NCBI GenBank assembly: GCA_964422925.1
Contig: CAYRDC010000006.1
Location: 8,854-72,853, forward strand
Reading direction: 5' to 3'
Length of the DNA: 64,000 bases
DNA from: an uncultured Chitinophagales bacterium
GTDB taxonomy: Bacteria; Bacteroidota; Bacteroidia; Chitinophagales; S012-47
The notes under the pieces were generated by a model. That model saw only the letters and a list, made by a program, of their open reading frames with translations. It was not told where the DNA came from and searched no databases. Below, piece by piece: positions 26,767 through 34,900 of the stretch. The position numbers and the translations under genes were made by a program. Each line of letters begins with the position of its first letter. The stretch's first letter is position 1.

Positions 26767-26797
26767 TTGCCCATTCCTGCGGTTCCCTGTAACTTTG
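26767..26797 (+). promoter_or_regulatory. Bacteroidota promoter match (-33 TTG, -7 TAACTTTG) for the ALDH gene
   Basis: TTG at 26767-26769, a 20-nt spacer, then TAACTTTG at 26790-26797. The ATG is at 26835. Confidence 0.4.
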
Positions 26798-26834
26798 AAC
26801 CCCAATTTATTTGAGTCACCAAAGCGCAAGCCTT

Positions 26835-28379
26835 ATGCAAGCTACAAACACCGATCTTTCTTTCCTGGAAACCCTGAATATTCAATCCATGAACCCGGGC
26901 GGTTCCACCGGCAGCACCTGGTATGACGGCTCAGGGGATGAAGTGGTATCCTATACCCCGATTGACGGCAGTGAAATAGGCCGTTTCCATATGGTGAGTC
27001 GGGAGGAATACGACCGCATTGTGGACCAGTCGGCCCGGGCTTTTAAGGAATGGCGAAAATGGCCGGCTCCCAAACGGGGCGAGGTCGTCCGGCAGATCGG
27101 AGAAGAATTGCGCAAGTATAAAAATGCCCTGGGCGCCCTGGTTTCCTATGAAATGGGCAAAAGCCTGCAGGAAGGCCTTGGCGAGGTGCAGGAAATGATC
27201 GATATCTGTGATTTTGCCGTGGGCCTCTCGCGGCAGCTGTACGGCCTGACCATCGCCAGCGAAAGACCTGACCACCGGATGTTCGAACAATGGCATCCGC
27301 TGGGGCCCGTGGGGATTATTTCTGCCTTCAACTTCCCGGTGGCCGTTTGGGCCTGGAACAGCATGATTGCCTGGGTGTGCGGTGACACCTGCGTGTGGAA
27401 ACCTTCCGAAAAATCCACGCTGAATGCCATAGCCGTACAGCAGATTGTAAACCGGGTGTTCGAACGCAACGGGGTGCCCGAAGGAGTTTCCTGCGTGATA
27501 GCCGGTGATTACCGGGTCGGGGAAATGATGACAGCCGATAAACGCCTGCCGCTGATCTCGGCCACGGGTTCGGTGCGCATGGGCCGCAAGGTAGGCGCTG
27601 CCGTGGCCGCCCGGCTGGGCAAAACCCTGCTCGAGCTGGGCGGAAACAACGCCATCATCATCACCGAGGATGCCGACCTCGACATGACCCTGCGGGCCGT
27701 GCTCTTCGGGGCGGTGGGCACCTGCGGACAGCGCTGCACCACCACGCGCAGGCTAATCATCCACGAAAGCATTTTCGATGACTTTACCGGACGGCTGGCA
27801 AAAGCCTATGGCCAGCTCCGCATAGGCAACCCGTTGGACGAATCGAACCACGTGGGCCCGCTGATCGACCGCGATGCCGTGAAAAAATACCTGGAAGCCA
27901 TTGAACGCGTCAAGGCCGAAGGCGGAAGGTTTATCGTGGAAGGCGGGGTGCTGGAAGACCCCGGCTACGAAAGCGGCTGCTATGTGAAACCCTGCATCGC
28001 TGAAGTGAAAAACGAATACAGCATAGTGCAGGAAGAAACCTTCGCTCCTATCCTGTACGTGATGAAATACAAAACCCTGGAGGAAGCCATTGCCTTGCAA
28101 AACGGGGTGGACCAGGGCCTGAGCAGCGCCATCATGACCACCAACATGCGCAGCATGGAGCGCTTCCTCTCATGCGAAGGCAGTGACTGCGGCATTGCCA
28201 ACGTGAACATAGGAACCTCAGGCGCGGAGATCGGGGGCGCCTTCGGAGGCGAAAAAGACACCGGTGGCGGCCGCGAGTCCGGCTCCGATGCCTGGAAAGC
28301 CTACATGCGCAGGCAAACCAATACCATAAATTACGGCACGAACCTCCCGCTGGCGCAAGGCATCAAGTTCGAGCTATAG
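26835..28379 (+). CDS. aldehyde dehydrogenase, ALDH7 (aminoadipate-semialdehyde dehydrogenase)-like
   Basis: EMGKSLQEGLGEVQEMIDICDFAVGLSRQLYG ... ISAFNFPVAVWAWN ... ELGGNNA ... GTCGQRCTT closely parallels ALDH7/antiquitin. I use the ATG at 26835 rather than the TTG at 26811. Confidence 0.9.
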   Translation: MQATNTDLSFLETLNIQSMNPGGSTGSTWYDGSGDEVVSYTPIDGSEIGRFHMVSREEYDRIVDQSARAFKEWRKWPAPKRGEVVRQIGEELRKYKNALGALVSYEMGKSLQEGLGEVQEMIDICDFAVGLSRQLYGLTIASERPDHRMFEQWHPLGPVGIISAFNFPVAVWAWNSMIAWVCGDTCVWKPSEKSTLNAIAVQQIVNRVFERNGVPEGVSCVIAGDYRVGEMMTADKRLPLISATGSVRMGRKVGAAVAARLGKTLLELGGNNAIIITEDADLDMTLRAVLFGAVGTCGQRCTTTRRLIIHESIFDDFTGRLAKAYGQLRIGNPLDESNHVGPLIDRDAVKKYLEAIERVKAEGGRFIVEGGVLEDPGYESGCYVKPCIAEVKNEYSIVQEETFAPILYVMKYKTLEEAIALQNGVDQGLSSAIMTTNMRSMERFLSCEGSDCGIANVNIGTSGAEIGGAFGGEKDTGGGRESGSDAWKAYMRRQTNTINYGTNLPLAQGIKFEL

Positions 28380-28395
28380 CAGAAACAACGCCTGT

Positions 28396-29397
28396 CTAAT
28401 ACAGCCGGGCGGGATAATACCGGAGGTAAAACCGGTACATCCGGTTGAACAGGTACCGGCTCATGTTTTCCCCGCGGGCTCGTTTCCATGAAGACCCCTT
28501 TGGCTCCATGACCGGGTAATCGAAATCCTGGAACACAAACGAAAAGGCTTTGTTCAGATAAGCAACCTCCATGGGGTGAATGGCTGATTTCCACCGGTCG
28601 AGGTTGGATGCGTCAATCCCCGAAAACCTTGTACCGAACACACTGTTGCCGCCCCAGGGCCGGCCCCCGATGCTTGGATTCAGCAGAACCGGGTCGAAAC
28701 CGATCCCAAGGAATTCGCAGGCTTTCCGCAGGGTGCTTTCCGGGTCGCGCACCAGGTCTTCATAACGCATGACAAAGTAGCCGGGAATCAGCGCCCGGTT
28801 ATAGTACAGGAAATAGTAGTTGTTGTAAAAAGTCCGGATCATCCGGTTTATCAAAGGGTACGGTCCGTTGACGCTCCGGAATTTGCGCAGGGACACAAAG
28901 TTGGCATATGGGTTCCGGATTACGTGGATGAATTTCGCCTCCGGGAACCAGCTTTTCAGCAGGGGGACGAATTCCGCGTTTTCGACCGATTTTTCGACAA
29001 AGCGGCTTCCCTTGCTGTCAAACTTTGCCGCGTGCCGGATGCAGTCAAAATACAGGCGCATCAATTCCGGCCCGGCCCGGAAATCAGCCAATGACTCAGG
29101 CCGGAATTTCTCCTGAAAGGCTTCAGGATCGACTAACCCCGAGGCAAAATTGTCGGCATAGGCGTTTTCCTCGGAGGCTGCTTTCCGGATGAATCGGGTA
29201 AACCGTCCGGCCAGGGTTTCCGGATCGTACTTTTGCGGAAGGGAAAACCGGTATTCGTTGTCCACCCAGAAACCGGCCAGTTGAAAGAAATGACTTTCGA
29301 AAGGGATAACAAACAACTCCGGATGCCCGTCCAGCAATGAGCGCATCAAGGTCGTGCCTGACTTATGAACACCTGTTATAAAAATCGGGGCCTGCAT
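28396..29397 (-). CDS. PAPS-dependent sulfotransferase family protein
   Basis: 5'-PSB-like loop GVHKSGTTLMRSLL and 3'-PB-like VIRNPYANFVSL. Size and layout match bacterial Sulfotransfer-type enzymes. Confidence 0.8.
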   Translation of the reverse strand: MQAPIFITGVHKSGTTLMRSLLDGHPELFVIPFESHFFQLAGFWVDNEYRFSLPQKYDPETLAGRFTRFIRKAASEENAYADNFASGLVDPEAFQEKFRPESLADFRAGPELMRLYFDCIRHAAKFDSKGSRFVEKSVENAEFVPLLKSWFPEAKFIHVIRNPYANFVSLRKFRSVNGPYPLINRMIRTFYNNYYFLYYNRALIPGYFVMRYEDLVRDPESTLRKACEFLGIGFDPVLLNPSIGGRPWGGNSVFGTRFSGIDASNLDRWKSAIHPMEVAYLNKAFSFVFQDFDYPVMEPKGSSWKRARGENMSRYLFNRMYRFYLRYYPARLY

Positions 29398-29411
29398 TGG
29401 AAGCCGGAAAT

Positions 29412-29419
29412 TAGTTTTG
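29412..29419 (+). promoter_or_regulatory. Bacteroidota -7 box match (TAGTTTTG) upstream of GT4 gene
   Basis: Exact TAnnTTTG match ending 20 nt before the TTG start at 29440. Confidence 0.35.
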
Positions 29420-29439
29420 AAGCAGTTAATTGATCGACT

Positions 29440-30615
29440 TTGACGCAGCGAAAATTACGCATTTTATTTGTCCCAAGCTGGTACCCGGAACCCGGTTATC
29501 CCATCCGGGGCATTTTTATTAAGAACCATGCCCAGTGCCTGAAAGAGGATGCCGACCTGCAGGTATTGTATGCCTGGGGCGGCCCGGGCTTGGACTTCCG
29601 GATTGAAACCAAAACGGATGACGGGATTCCCACTACTTATGTGACCTTTCCTTTCAACGGGAAAAGTAAAACCAGCATTGGCTATATCATTCGCTATCTG
29701 CGTGCCATTCGGAAAGGTTATAAAACCATTATCCAACAGGATTGGGAACCCGATCTGTTCCATGCCCATGTAGCCTACCCGGCCGCCCTGTTCTGCGCCT
29801 GGCAGGCCCGAAAGGAGAAAAAACCCTTCGGCATTACCGAACACCTCGACCTCTACCTCCGCGAAATGCATGGTCTGCAAAAACCGCCCGCATTGGGCAA
29901 ATGGGTGCGGAAAAAACTGGCCGAAAAAGCCGCTTTCATGACCGTGTGCTCCACTTCCATGAAGAAAGCCTATGAATGGATTGGCGTGAAACGCGAAGTC
30001 AGCGTGGTACCGAACAGCATCAATTTCGCAACACCCCCTTCCCCCGGTTTCAGTCAAAAAGAAAAAAAGCAGCTCCTGCACATCTCCACCCTGCGCGACC
30101 ACCAGAAAAATGTGAGCGGCCTGTTGCGCGGCATACACCGCCTGGTGCAGCAGGGCAGAACCGATTTTGAAATGCATATTCTCGGTTCCGGGGATGAGAT
30201 GGAACAGAGGAAACAGCTGGCCCGGGAACTCGGCCTGCTCGGCACTATCGTGTTTTTCCACGGTTTCGTGCCTGAAGAAGAAAAGCAGCGGTTCCTCCGC
30301 GACAGTCATGTGTACGTGATGTTCAGCAATTATGAGGGTTTTTCCGTGGTTACGGCCGAGGCTATCAGTAGCGGCTTACCGGTTATTACCACCCGCTGCG
30401 GAGGCCCGGATGATTTTGTTACGGAAGAAAACGGTTTGGTCATCTCCGTGGGCGATGAAGAAGCCCTGGCCCGGGCCATCAACTACATGCTGGACAACTA
30501 CGAAAAATACGCCCGGATCAAAATGCACGAAGACATGCAGCAACGGTTTGGATGCAAGGCTATAAGCAGGATGTTTATGGAGCTTTATAGGAAAGCTTTA
30601 CCGGAAATTACTTGA
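29440..30615 (+). CDS. glycosyltransferase family 4 (GT-B, group 1)
   Basis: N-terminus LRILFVPSWYPEP. C-terminal half has HGFVPEEE...YVMFSNYEGFSVVTAEAISSGLPVITTRCGGPDDFV (EX7E-type motif). Confidence 0.85.
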   Translation: MTQRKLRILFVPSWYPEPGYPIRGIFIKNHAQCLKEDADLQVLYAWGGPGLDFRIETKTDDGIPTTYVTFPFNGKSKTSIGYIIRYLRAIRKGYKTIIQQDWEPDLFHAHVAYPAALFCAWQARKEKKPFGITEHLDLYLREMHGLQKPPALGKWVRKKLAEKAAFMTVCSTSMKKAYEWIGVKREVSVVPNSINFATPPSPGFSQKEKKQLLHISTLRDHQKNVSGLLRGIHRLVQQGRTDFEMHILGSGDEMEQRKQLARELGLLGTIVFFHGFVPEEEKQRFLRDSHVYVMFSNYEGFSVVTAEAISSGLPVITTRCGGPDDFVTEENGLVISVGDEEALARAINYMLDNYEKYARIKMHEDMQQRFGCKAISRMFMELYRKALPEIT

Positions 30616-31537
30616 TGTAACCGTATTTTCTGAGATTCTTCTCCATGCCCCGCAGGATAACCTGCCGGTAGTATTGTGGCAGATCGGTTTCCCATTTACC
30701 GACAGAAGCCGTGGAAACCGGGTTTTTCAGGTTCTCAAAGGCCTTCATTTTCCCGCGGGAGCCCATTTTTTCAAGGTATTCTGCTTGTTTATCCAATACA
30801 GGTTCAGGGTTTACATCTAAAAAGCGGCAAATGATATCAAGGGTTTTCTCCGGTTCGCTTACAAGGTCCTCGTACTTAACGAGCAGAAAACTGTCTTCCG
30901 AAGTTTTTCTCCGGACCATTTCAATCATCTTCAGGCTGTAATTCCATTTCCTGAGCACATAACGGGTATCTGCCTGTTCATTTTTTTTGAATATGGAAGC
31001 GGCCACATCTCGCCCATCCCGGATCAGCGCGATAAACCGGGCATCCGGGAACACAGGAAATATATACTTGAAATAATCGGTGTTTTTAGGGCTTTTATCT
31101 CCCCATGTAGTGAAGGAAAAACCATGCTGCTTACCATAAGCGGTATAAATATGATCCAGGATGACCCGGAGACTCCGTTGGTTTTTTGGAAGACGGAAAA
31201 GCTCCTCTATTATTTCCCCGGCATTGAGATTCCATTCCATGGTAGCACTTGTCCGGCTAAATTCTCCCACAATAATACTGACCAGGTCTAACCATTCCAG
31301 GTAATTATACAACCGGTATTTGACAATGGTATTGGCCAAGACAAATTGTTCCGGAGGCACCAATAATTGACTGTGCTGGTCGAGCAAAGCTGCCAACAAG
31401 GTTGTACCACTGCGTCCTGAACTCAAAATAAAAAACGGACGGCACGATAATTCTTCATCACGGGCTTGCACAAGATGCCGTTTGGGTAACAAACGGCTAA
31501 TTTGAGTTATAACAGGCAGGAATTTCTCTAGTCTCAT
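30608..31537 (-). CDS. PAPS-dependent sulfotransferase family protein
   Basis: 5'-PSB-like FILSSGRSGTTLLAALL and 3'-PB-like LIRDGRDVAASI. Its 3' end overlaps the convergent GT4 gene by 8 nt. Confidence 0.8.
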   Translation of the reverse strand: MRLEKFLPVITQISRLLPKRHLVQARDEELSCRPFFILSSGRSGTTLLAALLDQHSQLLVPPEQFVLANTIVKYRLYNYLEWLDLVSIIVGEFSRTSATMEWNLNAGEIIEELFRLPKNQRSLRVILDHIYTAYGKQHGFSFTTWGDKSPKNTDYFKYIFPVFPDARFIALIRDGRDVAASIFKKNEQADTRYVLRKWNYSLKMIEMVRRKTSEDSFLLVKYEDLVSEPEKTLDIICRFLDVNPEPVLDKQAEYLEKMGSRGKMKAFENLKNPVSTASVGKWETDLPQYYRQVILRGMEKNLRKYGYIK

Positions 31538-31900
31538 GGAATTACTGATTGTAATGGGGGCGGTGGCAATTCAGTCCTCACCATTTCTAACAATATATTT
31601 TCTACATCACCTTCCGATACCATCAAAAATAAGATTCTCTGGCCTTCGCAAATAATTAGCGGATATTTTGCCGTCTGTCTATAAACAGATTTTTACCTCC
31701 TATTATATATTTAATTGGTTTTTACCTGTCGGACAGCCATCAGAATATCCACAGCAATGAAACACTTAATACACTTTCGGTTTTTTAGATCTGCTTCACC
31801 TTTTCTCGAAAAAGCAACACTGACTCAGTGTGCCATTAACAAAATCTTTATTATTTTTAATCATTAAGTTCCAACCCCTAACTAGCTGCACCTCATTAAT

Positions 31901-34900
31901 ATGAAAAAAATATTCCTGATCCTTCCGTTGCTGTTGCTTCCTCATTTTCTCCTTTCGCAAACTCCATTTATTCGAATTTTTGGTGGACCTGGAACCGATA
32001 TCGGCAATGGAGTGATTCAGGCCTATGATGGCGGATATTGGGTAGTTGGCAGAACTAATTCTTTTGGCGCTGGTGGAACGGATATCATTGTTCTGAAATT
32101 AAACACATCCGGGGTAATTGAATGGGAAAAAACCTATGGCGGTGTGAACAATGAAGGAGGAATCTATGGTGTTTTTGCCACGGAAACCCAAGACCACGGA
32201 CTGGCTGTTGCCTGTGAAACCAAGAGCTTCAATGCCACGCAAAATGATGCATATCTGATCAAAATTGACAGTGTTGGCAATGTACTTTGGGATGCAAGAT
32301 ACGATGCCGGACCCGGAACTTCAGGAGGTGATTACTTCCGGGGCATTAAAGAATTAAGCACAGGAGAACTGCTGTTGACTGGCTCAATCAACAGTGGAGT
32401 TCTTGGACTCTCAGATGCTTTAATCATGAAATTCACTGCATCAGGCAATCTGATATGGAAGAAAATTATTGGCGGTATTTACGTAGATCACATCTACGAT
32501 GTGATCGAATTACCCAATGGCGATTACGCCTTTTTCGGTAATACAGGCACATGGGGCAACGGCTCAAACAATGCCTGGGTTATTAGAACAGATACAAGTG
32601 CAAATCTGGGCTGGGCGAAAGTTTATGCAGGGTCAGGAATTGATAACTTTTCAGAAGGAATACTGACTTCTGACGGTGGATTATTGCTGGGAGGCATTAC
32701 TTCTTCCTACGGTTCCGGGAATTTCGACATTTATCTTGTCAAACTTAGCATTGACGGTACGCTTCAATGGGCAAAAACCTATGGTGGATCAAATCTCGAA
32801 TGGCTGAATGGATTGCAGGAGCTACCTTCGGGCGGGTACTTGTTGAGAGTATATTCAAAATCGTATGGGCCCGGTGAGGATATTTTGCTAATCAGCATCG
32901 ACACTACCGGCAATATTACCTGGAGCAAATCCTATAAAATAATTCAAAGTGGTAGTTCAGGATCCCTGGTAAAAATCAAAGGTGCAATCGATGTAACCAA
33001 TGATGGAGGGTTTATTTTCACCGGATGGGTTATTGACAGCAGTGGATTTGGCGGAAAGGATATCCTTGTATTCAAGTCAGATTCGAGTGCTTATGCTTTG
33101 TGCGACACAGTACTTGTCACAAGCACAACACCGACCGTGCAACCTATTAATGCAAGTCCTTCTTTTACCAATGTAGGGGCAATTCATGATCCATTGACAA
33201 TACATACTTCTCCGACAGTATCCGACACAGCCTCTTGTCCGTGTTTTCAGGTTTCCTCTGCTTTAATCTCCAACGACACCACCATTTGCCAGGGAGACAG
33301 CATTCCTTTGCAGGCTACCGGAGGAACAACTTACAATTGGTCGCCTGCATCGGGATTAAGTTGCAACACTTGCTCCAACCCGGTGGCCAGCCCAAATGTC
33401 ACCACCACCTACACAGTTACCTTTGACCAGGGGCAGGTTTGCGAATCCCAGGACAGCATCACAGTATTTGTACACGTGCCTCCTTCCATCAACTTGGGGG
33501 CTGACACCACCATTTGCTCTTACGACCAGCTCGTACTGGATGCCGGAACGGGTTTTTCCTCTTACCTCTGGGAAGACTCATCCACCACCCAGACGCATAC
33601 CGTGTCGTGGTCCGGTGATACTACAATGATGTTTTATGTAACTGCTACGGATTCCATCGGATGTGCTTCCGCTGATACCATACTGGTCACTTTTGACAAG
33701 CCACCGGTTATTGACCTCGGGCCTGATACCTTGCTGTGTGCGGGCACTCAGTATCTGCTGGATGCGGGACCGGGGTTTGCCAGCTATGTCTGGCAGGATA
33801 AATCAAGCGGGCAGACCTACATGGCTTCCGCGCTGAACGATACGACCATTTTATACACAGTTACCGGAAAGGATTATATAGGTTGTATTTCTTCCGATTC
33901 TGTTTGGATCACCTTTCACAAGCCACCTGTCATCCAACTCGGGCCCGACACGGTGATTTGTTCCGGTGCACAACTGTTGCTGGATGCCGGGCCGGGATTT
34001 GTTTCCTACCTGTGGGAAGACCAATCGACCGGGCAAATCCATATCGTTTCCGCATCCAACGATACTTCCCTGCTATATTACGTGACCGGTACTGATTCGC
34101 AGGGATGCGTTTCTTCGGATACCATCCAGGTTGGATTCCATGTTCCGCCAGCCATAGACCTGGGGCCTGATACTTTGCTTTGCCAGGCTGACACAATACT
34201 GCTGGATGCCGGGCCCGGGTTTACCACATACCTTTGGGAAGACCAGTCAACCGGGCAAACACACCTGGTGTCCAGCACAGCCGACACCGTGCTTCTGTAT
34301 CATGTGACTGCCACGGATAGCCTCGGCTGCACATCTGCAGATTCCATCAGCATTCACTTTCACAATACCCCGTCAATCGACCTCGGGCCCGACACCGTAT
34401 TGTGCGATGGTGGTCAAATCCTGCTGGATGCCGGGCCGGGGTTCAGCCAATACACCTGGCAGGATCAGTCCAGCGGGCAGTTTTTCACCGCTTCAGCCTC
34501 TGGTGACACTACCATCCTGTTTTATGTGACTGCCACGGATAGTCTCGGCTGTACTTCTGCCGACAGTATTGAAGTTTACTTCCATCTTCTTACAGCCATT
34601 CATCTCGGGAATGACACCCTGCTTTGTGCCGGTGAACAATTGCTGCTGGATGCCGGGCCGGGGTTCGCTTCATATGTTTGGGAAGACCAGTCCACCGGGC
34701 AAACCCATATCGCTTCCGCGTCAAACGATACCTCCCTGCTATATTACGTGACCGGTACTGATACGCAGGGATGCGTTTCTTCGGATACTATCCAGGTTGG
34801 ATTCCACGTTCCGCCCGCCATAAACCTGGGGCCTGATACTTTGCTTTGCCAGGCTGACACAATACTGCTGGATGCCGGGCCCGGGTTTACCACATACCTT

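Noticed and set aside
16860-28379. Proline dehydrogenase and the aldehyde dehydrogenase considered as a split put (proline utilisation) pair.
   Set aside because: The genes are 9 kb apart on opposite strands, and the ALDH resembles ALDH7 (aminoadipate semialdehyde) rather than P5C dehydrogenase.
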